Shown here: in pieces, positions 1 to 10,206 of the stretch | How the letters are laid out: each line of letters starts with the position of its first letter | Position numbering within the stretch: the stretch's first letter is position 1 | Assembly: GCA_002721445.1 (NCBI GenBank) | Contig: PBKN01000007.1 | Coordinates: 75,211-139,210, forward strand | DNA: 64,000 bases | Reading direction: 5' to 3' | Origin: Chloroflexota bacterium | GTDB taxonomy: Bacteria; Chloroflexota; Dehalococcoidia; Lucifugimonadales; GCA-002723415 | The notes under the pieces: generated by a model | The model's input: only the letters and a program-made list of their open reading frames with translations | Database searches by the model: none | What the model was told of the DNA's origin: nothing | Position numbers and translations under genes: made by a program

Positions 1-441
1 GTTGTTGGGACAGTACGTATTTCTGAGGCTTATTCTATACCGACATTAGCAATAAAAGACTTAGTTGACCAGGCTACATTTATGGGTCAAACTCTTTTTC
101 AACCTCCTTCAGTTGAAGGTTGGCATGAAGGTGTAGAATGGATTGATAGTGGCACATTAATCGAAAGAGTAAACTTTGCATCCTCAGAAATTTCTAATTT
201 AGAAAAACCAGGAGTGAGGAAATTGATTTCGAGAGTTAAAAGTGATATTTCAACATCAACTTCTAATAAAGAAATATTAGATATATGTAGTGAAATAATT
301 GGTTGTAATTTGTCAGATAATACGAGAGGGTTTTTATTAGATTCAATAGATAATTCTCCAAATAACAACCAAAAAATTGATGAACATATTGGGCAAGTTT
401 TAGGATTTATTGCAGCTACTAAGGAATATCAGCTAGTATAA
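1..441 (+). CDS. DUF1800-family protein, C-terminal part (5'-partial, continues upstream of window)
   Basis: Frame 1 is open from base 1 to TAA 439-441 (no stop before the ORF-track Met at 82). The PPSVEGW...WIDSGTLIERVNFA block resembles the conserved region of DUF1800 proteins. Confidence 0.55.
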   Translation, partial: VVGTVRISEAYSIPTLAIKDLVDQATFMGQTLFQPPSVEGWHEGVEWIDSGTLIERVNFASSEISNLEKPGVRKLISRVKSDISTSTSNKEILDICSEIIGCNLSDNTRGFLLDSIDNSPNNNQKIDEHIGQVLGFIAATKEYQLV

Positions 442-474
442 TTTATTAATTATTTTAATTCAAAAGGTATCAAA

Positions 475-1515
475 ATGACATCATTAAAAAATTTGAACAA
501 ATTAGAATACTTAAAGACAATTGGGATAGTGAATATTGGAACTAATGGTGTTGGGTTTTCAAACCCTTATGATATAGCTTTTAGTTCTGATGATAGAGCC
601 TTTGTTATTAATAGACATGATGCGCCAATAAACTTTAAACCAGAAAATGCATCAGCTATTAGGGTGGGTATTTTGAATTATGAAGAAGAATATTTAGGAG
701 AATTTGGTTATGGTTTTGGAGATGGGGAGGGACAATTCAAACTTCCAGTTGCAATGTGTTTTGATAGCAAAGATAGATTGTATGTTACAGATGAATTGAA
801 TAATAGGATAACAGTTTTTAATTCATCAGGTAAATATTTGTTCAGTTGGGGTATATATGGTAGCGGGATTGGAGAAATTGATGGTCCTGCAGGGATTACT
901 ATAGATAATCACGATAATGTTTACATTGCAGATCAAAATAACCATAGGGTGCAAAAATTTACAAGTGATGGACAATTTATTACATCTTGGGGAGGGTTTG
1001 GTTGTGGAAATGGAGAATTAAATATGCCATGGGGGATATGTACGGATTCTAAAGGTGATATATATGTAGCAGATTGGAGAAATAATAGAGTTCAACAATT
1101 TACTAATAATGGAGATTTTAAATCGTGCTATGGAGATAATCTTAAGAATGGAATTAACTTAAACAGGCCTTCTTCAGTAGCTGTAGACGATTCTGGAATT
1201 CTTTATATTGCTGATTGGGGAAATCATAAAGTGAAAATCTTGAACAGAGATGGGGATTTGATTTCTGTATTAGATGGTGAAGCAACTTTATCAAAATGGG
1301 CTAAAGAATGGTATGATAAATCACCTGACCAATTACAAAGTAGAGAAAAAGCCAACTTAATACCTGAACTCCCTAGTCAATTTAGTACTCCTTATCAAAA
1401 ATCTGCGCAAACAGAACCGTATTTTTGGGGTCCAGTGTCAGTTAAAATTGATGCTAATAAAAGATTATATGTTGTTGAGAGTCTTCGCCATAGGATACAA
1501 GTTTTTAGTATTTGA
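475..1515 (+). CDS. NHL-repeat beta-propeller protein
   Basis: Repeated NHL-type blocks: NNRITVFNSSGKYLFSWG, NHRVQKFTSDGQFITSWG, NNRVQQFTNNGDF, GNHKVKILNRDGDL, RHRIQVFS. ATG start. 3' end overlaps xth by 11 nt. Confidence 0.8.
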   Translation: MTSLKNLNKLEYLKTIGIVNIGTNGVGFSNPYDIAFSSDDRAFVINRHDAPINFKPENASAIRVGILNYEEEYLGEFGYGFGDGEGQFKLPVAMCFDSKDRLYVTDELNNRITVFNSSGKYLFSWGIYGSGIGEIDGPAGITIDNHDNVYIADQNNHRVQKFTSDGQFITSWGGFGCGNGELNMPWGICTDSKGDIYVADWRNNRVQQFTNNGDFKSCYGDNLKNGINLNRPSSVAVDDSGILYIADWGNHKVKILNRDGDLISVLDGEATLSKWAKEWYDKSPDQLQSREKANLIPELPSQFSTPYQKSAQTEPYFWGPVSVKIDANKRLYVVESLRHRIQVFSI

Positions 1516-2272
1516 TATCAATTCCAGTAGGGCAATGATCTGAACCCATTATTTTAGATTGGATATAAGCTCTTTCCAGATTATTAATACTGTTTTCATC
1601 TATAAAAAAATAATCAATTCTCCAACCTACGTTTCTGTCTCTGGCGCGAGTGATCATGTCCCACCAAGTATAATTATCAGTACTTTTATCAAAATGTCTA
1701 AATGTGTCAATAAATCCAGATTCAATAAATTTATCCATCCAATTACGCTCAATAGGTAAAAATCCTGATGTACCTTCATTAGGTTTTGGCCTAGATAAGT
1801 CAATTTCTTTGTGAGCTGTATTAAAATCACCACATATAATTATCTTTTTTCCTGCATTTTTAAGAGCTATTACCTTTTCTAGAAAATAATCATAGAATCT
1901 AAGTTTGTAATCTAACCTTTCAGCTGAAGCTTTCCCATTAGGGTAATATATATTGAATAAAATAAAAGATTCATATTCTACAATTAAGGTTCTACCTTCA
2001 TTATCAAATTCTGGTTTTCCTAATCCATTTTCAATTGATTTAGGTTGTTCTTTTGAATAAACTGCTACACCACTATAGCCTTTTTTTTCTGCAGAAGAAA
2101 AAGCTGAATAATAATTTTTCATTGGATTTATCTCTTTAGGTAGTTGATCTGGATGAGCTTTAGTTTCTTGTAGGCATATTATGTCAGCATTTTCTGACTC
2201 TACCCAGTCTAAAAAGCCTTTTTTATATATAGCTCTCAAGCCGTTAACGTTCCAAGATAATATTTTAGTCAA
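1505..2272 (-). CDS. xth: Exodeoxyribonuclease III (AP endonuclease, EEP family)
   Basis: MTKILSWNVNGLRA N-terminus, LQETK, GDFN, SDHCP C-terminal motif; 255 aa. Confidence 0.9.
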   Translation of the reverse strand: MTKILSWNVNGLRAIYKKGFLDWVESENADIICLQETKAHPDQLPKEINPMKNYYSAFSSAEKKGYSGVAVYSKEQPKSIENGLGKPEFDNEGRTLIVEYESFILFNIYYPNGKASAERLDYKLRFYDYFLEKVIALKNAGKKIIICGDFNTAHKEIDLSRPKPNEGTSGFLPIERNWMDKFIESGFIDTFRHFDKSTDNYTWWDMITRARDRNVGWRIDYFFIDENSINNLERAYIQSKIMGSDHCPTGIDIKY

Positions 2273-2303
2273 TTTTTTCTCCTGTTGAATTTATTTAAAT
2301 ATT

Positions 2304-3629
2304 TTATTTGAGTATTCTTTCAATATCAGTGATTTCCTTGGGAATATTATTAGATAATATTTTATGGCTAGATTCAGTTACTAAGATATTATCTTCAATT
2401 CTTATTCCAATATTTTTATATTTTTGGGGAATATTTTTAATATTTTCACCGAAGTAAATACCTGGTTCTACAGTAAAAACCATACCTGGTTTTAGAATAG
2501 TACTCTTATTATTTTGTTTGTAATTACCTACATCATGTACATCAATTCCGAGCCAATGTGATGTTCCATGCATAAAATAATCAATATAGTCTTTATTTTC
2601 TAAAATATTTTCTTTTGTATCATTTAAAATTTTTAAATCAATTAACCCTTGGACAATAATTTCTAATGCTTTTTGATGAATCATAGCTATTGGGACTCCA
2701 GGTTTTATAATTTCTATAGATTTTTTTTGAGCTTCCAGTACTATTTCATATATAGCTCTTTGTTCTTTATCAAAAATTCCTTTAATTGGCCATGTTCTAG
2801 TTATATCAGCAGTATAATAATTAAATTCTGCACCAGCATCAATTAGGAGTAATTCTGAATTTTTCAAAATCGAATTGTTCTCAATGTAGTGAAGAGTACA
2901 AGCATTACTTCCGCTAGCAACTATTGAAGGATATCCATTTCTTTTTGATCCACCAGCTCTAAATTCATATTCTAAAACAGCTTGTATTTCGAATTCATTT
3001 TTATCATGTTTAGTAAATTGCATAGCTTTTAAAAAGCCTTTTTCGGTAATATCTATTGCTGTTTGTATTAAATTAATTTCTTCTTTGGATTTTATTAATC
3101 TCATTTCATTAATTAACGGACTAGGGTCTTTGATTTCAAGAGGGTTTTTATTTCTTCTATCAGAAGATTGTCTTCTTTTAATCAATATATCTTTAATAAT
3201 GGGATCAATAATTGGGTCATCTCCGAAGGAATAATATATACGTTCGTGTTGTTCTGTGATTTCATATAGTTTTTCTTTTAATTTATTAATTGATATACCT
3301 TTATCTGCACCAAAATCTTCTTCTATCCCTTTGGCACCTACTCTTGCTCCTACCCATATAGCCATGTCTGGGTCATATGGATTTACAAACATAGTATATT
3401 TTTTCTTCGATTTACCATCTAATACCATTACTGCATCTGGTTCTTCAAACCCTGAAAAATACCAGAAAGAAGAATCTTGTCTAAATTCATAATCAACATC
3501 ATTGTTCCTTATTGATGAGTGCATTGCAGGTATGATTAAAACTCCATCTGAAGCCATATCAATTAATTGGTTACGTCTTTTTTTAAAAATATCATTTGTT
3601 ATATTTTGTGTTTTTGAATTTATTTTCAT
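2304..3629 (-). CDS. pepP: Xaa-Pro aminopeptidase (M24B)
   Basis: 441 aa with creatinase-like N-domain and M24 motifs: DAGAEFNYYTADITRT, HGTSHWLGIDVHD, VEPGIY, RIEDN. Confidence 0.85.
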   Translation of the reverse strand: MKINSKTQNITNDIFKKRRNQLIDMASDGVLIIPAMHSSIRNNDVDYEFRQDSSFWYFSGFEEPDAVMVLDGKSKKKYTMFVNPYDPDMAIWVGARVGAKGIEEDFGADKGISINKLKEKLYEITEQHERIYYSFGDDPIIDPIIKDILIKRRQSSDRRNKNPLEIKDPSPLINEMRLIKSKEEINLIQTAIDITEKGFLKAMQFTKHDKNEFEIQAVLEYEFRAGGSKRNGYPSIVASGSNACTLHYIENNSILKNSELLLIDAGAEFNYYTADITRTWPIKGIFDKEQRAIYEIVLEAQKKSIEIIKPGVPIAMIHQKALEIIVQGLIDLKILNDTKENILENKDYIDYFMHGTSHWLGIDVHDVGNYKQNNKSTILKPGMVFTVEPGIYFGENIKNIPQKYKNIGIRIEDNILVTESSHKILSNNIPKEITDIERILK

Positions 3630-3655
3630 TTATATTTACCTTTATGAATAAATGA

Positions 3656-4588
3656 TTAATTTAAATGGTTAATTATAGAATTTAAATCTTTTGGTAATTC
3701 TGATTTAAATTCTATATCTTTATTTGTAGAAGGCAATTTAAATCCTAAAATATTAGCATGCAAAAATTGTCTATTTATTAAATCTGTTTTTCCTCCATAT
3801 TTTTTGTCACCGACAAGTGAATGTTTTAAAAATGCAAAATGAACTCGTATTTGATGAGTTCTCCCAGTAATAGTCTTTATATCTAATAGTGTATATTTTT
3901 GAAATTGTTTGATTTTCTTAAATAGTGTAATCGATTTTCGTCCATCTTGCCTTACCGACATTTTTTGTCGGTTGAAAGGATTTCTACCAATTGCCTCGTT
4001 TATAGTTCCAGAATTACTTTTAATAACTCCATGAACTAAGGCAATATAATGTTTATTGAAGCCGACCGTTAGTTGTTGATTAGTTAGATGGTTTTGAGAA
4101 TTTTCATTTTTAGCAACTACCATTAAGCCAGAAGTATCTTTATCTAATCTATGAACTATTCCAGGTCTAATAGTTCCATTAATTGCTTTTAAATCAGGGC
4201 ATCTATATAGAATAGCATTTGCTAAAGTGCCTTTTTTATTGCCAGCTCCTGGATGTACCGTAAGACTCGGGGGCTTATCTATAACTAATATATCTTTGTC
4301 TTCATATATTATATTCAAGGGGATGTCTTCTGCTATTAGGTGACTCTTTACTGGATCAGGGATTAAGATTGAAATTTTTTGTCCAAATTGAAGTTTAATT
4401 GAAGGTTTAATTAATTTATTTTCTATAGTTATATTTCCGTCATTAATTAACTGCTTTAATCTGGAGCGTGAAAGTTCTGGATAATGATCAGATAAGAATT
4501 TATCTGCGCGTTCTCCATAGGTATTTACTGTTACAGTTAATGTTTTACTCATCTGAATTCGAAATTTTAGTTTGTTTTGATTTGTCAA
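3656..4588 (-). CDS. rluD: RluA-family 23S rRNA pseudouridine synthase (RluD-like)
   Basis: S4-like N-terminus (ERADKFLS) and catalytic motif HRLDKDTSGLMVVAK. The track start is TTG 4588 (44-nt overlap with lspA); an ATG at 4552 (MSKTLTV...) is an alternative start. Confidence 0.85.
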   Translation of the reverse strand: MTNQNKLKFRIQMSKTLTVTVNTYGERADKFLSDHYPELSRSRLKQLINDGNITIENKLIKPSIKLQFGQKISILIPDPVKSHLIAEDIPLNIIYEDKDILVIDKPPSLTVHPGAGNKKGTLANAILYRCPDLKAINGTIRPGIVHRLDKDTSGLMVVAKNENSQNHLTNQQLTVGFNKHYIALVHGVIKSNSGTINEAIGRNPFNRQKMSVRQDGRKSITLFKKIKQFQKYTLLDIKTITGRTHQIRVHFAFLKHSLVGDKKYGGKTDLINRQFLHANILGFKLPSTNKDIEFKSELPKDLNSIINHLN

Positions 4589-5054
4589 AGATTAATAAAA
4601 CTGTAACAAGAATAAATGTTCCTACTGATACTGAGGAGTCAGCTATGTTAAACCATGGCCACCACCATACTCCAATAAAATCTACTACATAGCCTTGATA
4701 TACTCTATCAAATAAATTTCCCAAAGCACCTCCAACCATTAACCCTAATGCGAATCTAAGTATTGGTTTGGAATTTGCCTTGTAGTAATATAAATAGAAT
4801 AAAAAACAAATTCCAATTATTGATGCAATGGTAAGGAAAAGAGTTGCATTTTGAAAAAGCCCAAATGCTGATCCAGTATTAGTAACATAAGCTAATCTTA
4901 TTGGACTTTCCTCAGGCCAAATTTTTCCGTCTTTAAATATATTAGTTACAATATTTTTACTTAGTTGGTCTAATAAAAATACAACTACAATTGTTGGCCA
5001 GAAAATGAAGTCTTTTAGAATGTTTTTATCTTTTATAATATCCATCATATGCAA
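4545..5054 (-). CDS. lspA: Lipoprotein signal peptidase (signal peptidase II)
   Basis: 169 aa, four hydrophobic segments, conserved NTGSAFG and FNIADS motifs. Confidence 0.85.
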   Translation of the reverse strand: MHMMDIIKDKNILKDFIFWPTIVVVFLLDQLSKNIVTNIFKDGKIWPEESPIRLAYVTNTGSAFGLFQNATLFLTIASIIGICFLFYLYYYKANSKPILRFALGLMVGGALGNLFDRVYQGYVVDFIGVWWWPWFNIADSSVSVGTFILVTVLLIFDKSKQTKISNSDE

Positions 5055-5133
5055 AATATTTTTATTGATTTTTTATTATGTATAAATTTATATATGAATA
5101 TAATATCAAAAATTTGTATAAGTATTCTAATAA

Positions 5134-6399
5134 TTATGTTTTAAGTTCAGGCTTTTTTACCATTAATATACCTATAGCTCCTATATATGCTAATATTGCA
5201 AAGAATATTAATGGCAAATTGTATGTACCTGTTTTTTCAAAAATATATGCTGTTAAAATAGGAGAAACAAGCATGCTTAGGTTGTTTGGCAACATTGATA
5301 TTCCCATAATAGATCCAAAGGCTTTACGTCCAAAATATTCTCCTCTAATAGCTGTTAATAAAGGAACCCTTCCTCCTACTGCAATTCCCCAAAAAATAGC
5401 AAACAAGAAAGCGGAAGGAATTTTAAAACTGGAATCATTAGGCGCACTGTTTCCGATAATTAATATTGTTAACGATATACCTTGTAATACATAGAAAAAC
5501 ATTGCAACTTTTGGTTTTGGCAATTTGTCTCCTAGATATCCTGCTAATAATTGAGCAGGTATTGCAGTCGTAGTAAATGTAGCAATAACTAATGCGGATG
5601 TTGTAAGAGTCATTCCCATATCAGTTAGTAAAGGTACTAGATGAACTTGTAATGTCACTAATGAAATCGTAGAGAACATGTGTACAAATGCTAATAGCCA
5701 GAATGTTTGAGTTCTTAAAGCTTGACTAACAGTAAAATCTTGATTTTCATTCTCTTTAAGCTTATTATTATTTTTGTTTTGAGGGTTATATGGAGTTAGG
5801 TTAATATCTTCAGGCTTGTTTTTTACTAAAGAAGCAATTGGGATAAAGCAGAAAATTATTATTGCTACTGTAAGAGTAGTTGCTTCAAATCCATATTTTT
5901 CTAGACTCCATGATAAAGGATATATAAGAAATCCACCTACATATACACCAGTCATTGATGTAGCAAGAGCAAATGTTCTTTTTGCTATAAACCAATTATT
6001 TACTAAAGACATTATAGCTAGCCATCCACCAAATCCTGCTCCAATAGTAATTATTATGTATGAAGCATAAAATTGCCATAAAGTTTGAATTTGAGAGAAT
6101 GCAAGAATGCCAATAGCTACTATTGTAAATCCGATTAATATCATAATACGGCTGCCGATTTTATCGATTAACCAGCCTTCTATTGGACCAAAAACGGCAC
6201 CTTGAATTCTAGAAAGGCTAAATGGAGCAGATAAAGCAGTTCGACTCCAGCCGAATTTTTTCTCTAACACATATATGTATGTTCCAATACTTTGAAAGCT
6301 ACTTGCGGATATAAGTGTTAATGCTAAGGAAGCAAAGCCTACTATCTTCCACCCGTAATATATTTTTTTAGGGTTTTGATTTAGGTTACTTGAATTCAT
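5134..6399 (-). CDS. MFS transporter
   Basis: 421 aa, about 12 hydrophobic segments in two halves joined by a polar loop (KNKPEDINLTPYNPQNKNNNKLKEN). Substrate unknown. Confidence 0.8.
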   Translation of the reverse strand: MNSSNLNQNPKKIYYGWKIVGFASLALTLISASSFQSIGTYIYVLEKKFGWSRTALSAPFSLSRIQGAVFGPIEGWLIDKIGSRIMILIGFTIVAIGILAFSQIQTLWQFYASYIIITIGAGFGGWLAIMSLVNNWFIAKRTFALATSMTGVYVGGFLIYPLSWSLEKYGFEATTLTVAIIIFCFIPIASLVKNKPEDINLTPYNPQNKNNNKLKENENQDFTVSQALRTQTFWLLAFVHMFSTISLVTLQVHLVPLLTDMGMTLTTSALVIATFTTTAIPAQLLAGYLGDKLPKPKVAMFFYVLQGISLTILIIGNSAPNDSSFKIPSAFLFAIFWGIAVGGRVPLLTAIRGEYFGRKAFGSIMGISMLPNNLSMLVSPILTAYIFEKTGTYNLPLIFFAILAYIGAIGILMVKKPELKT

Positions 6400-6451
6400 G
6401 TGTGCTTATTCTATCAGAATAAAATAGTTATTCAAGTAAGTGTATGCATTA

Positions 6452-7543
6452 TCAGCGTGATTGAGAAATTGCTTCTTTAAATGAATCAAAAATTTTAGTT
6501 ACACTTTGATTTAAAACTGTAACGTTAATATTTAGTCTAATTTTGTTTGATTGTATTTCATCTTGATTTAATAATATAGACTTGTTTTCTAGATTCTTTA
6601 TAAATGATTGTAAGTTTATATCAGAATCTAATTTTACTAAATAAACATTCGAACCATTTTCAATTGTTTCAATATTTAATTGAGGTAGTGTATTTAATTT
6701 GATTAATAATTCTTTGGAATTACTTATCGAATGTTTAAATTTTTTTTGGAATTCTTCAACTCCATTTAATGTAGCAATAGCAGCTATATTAGCTGAGTGC
6801 ATACTGCCTCCAAACATCCTTCGGTCATGATGTAGTCCATCTATTAAATTTTTATCACCTGCAAGTATTGCCCCAAAAGGAGATCCAAAGTATTTATATA
6901 GTGAAATATAAACTGAATCAAACATTTGGGAGTAAGCTTTAATATCTATTTTTGTTATTGCAGACATTATAAATAGCCTTGCTCCATCCATATGTATAGG
7001 TATTGATTTAGATTTACAATAGTTTGAAATAGATTCAAGATGTTTAAATGGGACTATTTGACCATATTTACGCCTAACAGGACTTTCTAAGCTAACTGCT
7101 CCAACAGGATTATGCGCTCGTGTATTATTTAGTTCATGTAAATAATTTTCTAATTCTTTCAATGTAAAATAGGATTTATTTTTACCTAAAGGAGTTAATT
7201 TTATACCGCTTAGCCTACTTAAACTATCTCCTGAATCATGGTAAATATGACTTTGCTCTTGGACAACAACATTTTGTTTTGTTCCGCATAATTTTCTAAT
7301 AGCTAAATGATTTGCTAAAGTGCCAGTAGGAAAAAACATAGCATCTTCTTTACCTAAAATATCTGCAAATGTATTCTCTAATATTGAAACTGCACCACCT
7401 ATACTATAATCATCTTTTTGGTAATTATTTTTATTTAAGATTTCAAAATTTGAAAAAGTATTTATAGATGTTTTATGATCGCTATCACCTATGAAAGTAA
7501 CAATATGGTCTGTTTTATTTTGTTTACTATTGTTAGAATTAAT
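6452..7543 (-). CDS. Threonine aldolase-like / beta-eliminating lyase family PLP enzyme, putative ATT start
   Basis: GKEDAMFFPTGTLAN, HMDGARLF and SLYKYFG (PLP Lys) motifs. The frame is open to TAA 7555-7553 and the homologous N-terminal 68 codons lie upstream of the first ATG (7339). The only plausible start is ATT 7543-7541, 6 nt after AAGGA (7554-7550). Confidence 0.7.
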   Translation of the reverse strand: MNSNNSKQNKTDHIVTFIGDSDHKTSINTFSNFEILNKNNYQKDDYSIGGAVSILENTFADILGKEDAMFFPTGTLANHLAIRKLCGTKQNVVVQEQSHIYHDSGDSLSRLSGIKLTPLGKNKSYFTLKELENYLHELNNTRAHNPVGAVSLESPVRRKYGQIVPFKHLESISNYCKSKSIPIHMDGARLFIMSAITKIDIKAYSQMFDSVYISLYKYFGSPFGAILAGDKNLIDGLHHDRRMFGGSMHSANIAAIATLNGVEEFQKKFKHSISNSKELLIKLNTLPQLNIETIENGSNVYLVKLDSDINLQSFIKNLENKSILLNQDEIQSNKIRLNINVTVLNQSVTKIFDSFKEAISQSR

Positions 7544-7700
7544 TTTAAATCCTTATGATTAGATCGTATTTTTTAAATAAATATAAATTTGGAATATATT
7601 TTTGGGATGTTATTATTATGTTTTTCTTATGTCAAGTATAGGCATTAATTAAAAAATACTAATATTTAATTAAGGTTAAAGATAATAATAGGATTAGAAT

Positions 7701-8810
7701 ATGGAAAAATTTATTTTTAAATGTACAAATTGCTTAGAAACATATACGCCTTCTTTAAATATTTTAGAGTGTTCTAAATGCAATAGTCCTTTAATAGTTG
7801 AATATATTGATATGAAAAAAAATTCAATTTTAAATGATTATATTCCTTTACCTTTGAATCGAGTAAGTAATGTTACCTTAGGAGAAGGCAACACTCCTGT
7901 TATAAAGATGGAAAAAATTTCTAAATTAATAGGGTTAGATAATTTATTTACTAAATTGGAATTTTTAAACCCGACAGGTTCTTTTAAAGACAGAGGAAGC
8001 CAGATTATGTTATCAGTTATTAGTGAAAATAAAATTCATGAAATAGTTGAAGATTCTTCAGGAAATGCTGGTGCATCTATATCTGCATATTGTGCTAGAG
8101 TTGGAGTGAAAGCTAATATTTTTGTACCTAGTTCGGCTCCTTTGGCAAAAGTTGAACAAATAAAAGTATATGGAGGTAATATACATAAAATTGAAGGGCC
8201 TAGAGAAAACGCAACTATAGAAGCATTCAATTATTGTAAAGAAAATAATTTAATTTATGCTTCGCACAATGCAAGTCCTTATTTTTTGGAAGGTATTAAA
8301 ACTTTTGCTTATGAAGTATTTAATCAATGTTCAAATAATTTCCCTGATCATATAGTAATACCGGTTGGCAATGGGTCATTAATATTGGGGACATTTTTTG
8401 GGTTTAAAGAATTGTATGAAGCAGGTCTTATTAATAAAATTCCTAAACTACATGCAGCTCAGTCAGCCAATATTATGCCTATTGCTTCAGCTTTTAATGG
8501 TGAAGATTGGAATGATTCAATGGCAACTCATACTATAGCTGGAGGAATATCTTCTATTAATCCACCTAGGAAATTGCAAATTTTAAATGCTTTAAAACAA
8601 AGTAAAGGAACCGCTTTAGCAATTTCTGATAAAGAAATTTTAAGATATCAGAAATTACTCTCAACTTTAGAAGGTTTATATATAGAACCAACATCAGCTG
8701 TTGCTTTTGCTGCAATTGAAAAGATGTTTTTTGATAAAACTATCAATATATCTGAAAATATATTAGTTCCTATAACTGGTTTAGGATTAAAAGATAAACC
8801 ACCTGTTTAA
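7701..8810 (+). CDS. thrC: Threonine synthase (short type with N-terminal CxxC..CxxC zinc ribbon)
   Basis: CTNC...CSKC N-terminus, PLP-lysine motif TGSFKDRGS, SSGNAG; 369 aa. Confidence 0.8.
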   Translation: MEKFIFKCTNCLETYTPSLNILECSKCNSPLIVEYIDMKKNSILNDYIPLPLNRVSNVTLGEGNTPVIKMEKISKLIGLDNLFTKLEFLNPTGSFKDRGSQIMLSVISENKIHEIVEDSSGNAGASISAYCARVGVKANIFVPSSAPLAKVEQIKVYGGNIHKIEGPRENATIEAFNYCKENNLIYASHNASPYFLEGIKTFAYEVFNQCSNNFPDHIVIPVGNGSLILGTFFGFKELYEAGLINKIPKLHAAQSANIMPIASAFNGEDWNDSMATHTIAGGISSINPPRKLQILNALKQSKGTALAISDKEILRYQKLLSTLEGLYIEPTSAVAFAAIEKMFFDKTINISENILVPITGLGLKDKPPV

Positions 8811-9991
8811 TTAATAAATTTATTTATTGCAGATTGGAATCCTTTGAGAGATCCTTTTAAAGTTTTATCATCTAAACAATATGAAATTCTGAAATAACCT
8901 TCTATCCCAAATCCTCTACCTGGGACAACTAAAACATTTTCTTTTTTTAATTCTTCAATAAATTCTAGCTCATTTTTAATAGGAGATTTTGGGAACATAT
9001 AAAAAGCTCCCTGAGGTTTAGTAATATAATATCCCATATCTGTTAAGTTTTTATACATAAAATCACGTTTTGATTTATATGTGTTTACATCGATAGTGAT
9101 TTCTTGCAAGTTTTCTACAATATGTTGCATTATTGCAGGAGCATTAACAAATCCAAGTGTTCTGTTGCAAAACGTAATTCCATCTATAATCTCTGATTTA
9201 TATTTATATTTAGGATTTATAGCTATATATCCAATACGGTTTCCTGCTAACGCAAGGTCTTTTGAATGAGATGTAGCAATTATGCTTTTATTAAAATAGT
9301 AAAAAATTTCAGGACATTTTACATTATCGAAAGTTATTTTTTTATAAGGTTCATCACTTATTACAAATATATCTGTTTGAAATTCTATTTCCTTTTTATT
9401 TATTATAATAGATAGTTTTTCAAGTAGTTCTGGAGGATATATTATTCCACTTGGGTTGTTGGGTGAATTAATTAGTATAGCTTTAGTTTTTTTTGTTATT
9501 GTTTTATCCAACATATTTAAATCTGGATAAAAATTATTATCAGGTGATACTATTTTGTACTTTCCGTTATGGTTTTGTATATAAAAAATATATTCAGCAA
9601 AAAATGGTGAAAATATTATAACTTCATCTCCTGGATCTAATAAGGTTTTCAAAGTTATATTTAGTGCTCCTCCAGCACCACAAGTCATAACTATGTCTTC
9701 TGCTATAAAATTCAGGCCAATCTCTTTTGTTAGTTGTTTAGCAATACTTGTTCTAGTACTTAAATAACCAGCATTTGGCATATATCTATGTAATCCAGGT
9801 TTTGGGTTACTTGCTAAATACTGTAACTGCTCAAAAAATTCTTCAGGAGGCTCCATAATGGGATTACCTAAAGAAAGATCAAATACGTTTTCTTCTCCAT
9901 ATTTTTTTTTAAGTAAAGCTCCTTCTTCAAACATTTTGCGAATCCATGAGCCACTTTCAATTTGAGATTTTATTGTTGAGGATATAGTCAT
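8807..9991 (-). CDS. Class I/II PLP-dependent aminotransferase (aspartate/alanine aminotransferase-like)
   Basis: LSLGNP, NSPNNPSG, SHSKDLALAGNRIGY (PLP Lys), FRISY; 394 aa. Its stop shares TTTAA with the thrC stop. Confidence 0.85.
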   Translation of the reverse strand: MTISSTIKSQIESGSWIRKMFEEGALLKKKYGEENVFDLSLGNPIMEPPEEFFEQLQYLASNPKPGLHRYMPNAGYLSTRTSIAKQLTKEIGLNFIAEDIVMTCGAGGALNITLKTLLDPGDEVIIFSPFFAEYIFYIQNHNGKYKIVSPDNNFYPDLNMLDKTITKKTKAILINSPNNPSGIIYPPELLEKLSIIINKKEIEFQTDIFVISDEPYKKITFDNVKCPEIFYYFNKSIIATSHSKDLALAGNRIGYIAINPKYKYKSEIIDGITFCNRTLGFVNAPAIMQHIVENLQEITIDVNTYKSKRDFMYKNLTDMGYYITKPQGAFYMFPKSPIKNELEFIEELKKENVLVVPGRGFGIEGYFRISYCLDDKTLKGSLKGFQSAINKFIN

Positions 9992-10036
9992 TAAATCTCC
10001 CCTGAGTACTTATTGTTAAAGAATTATTTGATTCGA

Positions 10037-10065
10037 ATTTAACTTTTTTATTAAGTTGTTGTCAA
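10037..10065 (-). promoter_or_regulatory. Predicted sigma70-type promoter for the aminotransferase gene
   Basis: On the - strand, TTGACA (10065-10060), 17-nt spacer, TTAAAT (10042-10037), about 45 nt upstream of ATG 9991. Confidence 0.35.
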
Positions 10066-10167
10066 ATTTTAATGTAAATTTTTAACTGTGCCCTCTGTAA
10101 AATACGCAATATAATCTAGTTATAACTTAATATTGTAATTCAGGTCTAATTTAGTATTAAAATAACG

Positions 10168-10195
10168 TTGACAGTAAATTTCACCATGGTATAAT
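10168..10195 (+). promoter_or_regulatory. Predicted strong sigma70-type promoter of the str/ribosomal cluster
   Basis: TTGACA (10168-10173), 16-nt spacer ending in TGg, TATAAT (10190-10195), i.e. consensus -35 plus extended -10, about 65 nt upstream of the rpsL GTG. Confidence 0.6.
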
Positions 10196-10206
10196 TTTCT
10201 TTTGTT

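Noticed and set aside
5078-6070. 138-aa and 84-aa + strand ORFs
   Set aside because: Both are antisense to the MFS transporter. They are hydrophobic mirror-frame artefacts.
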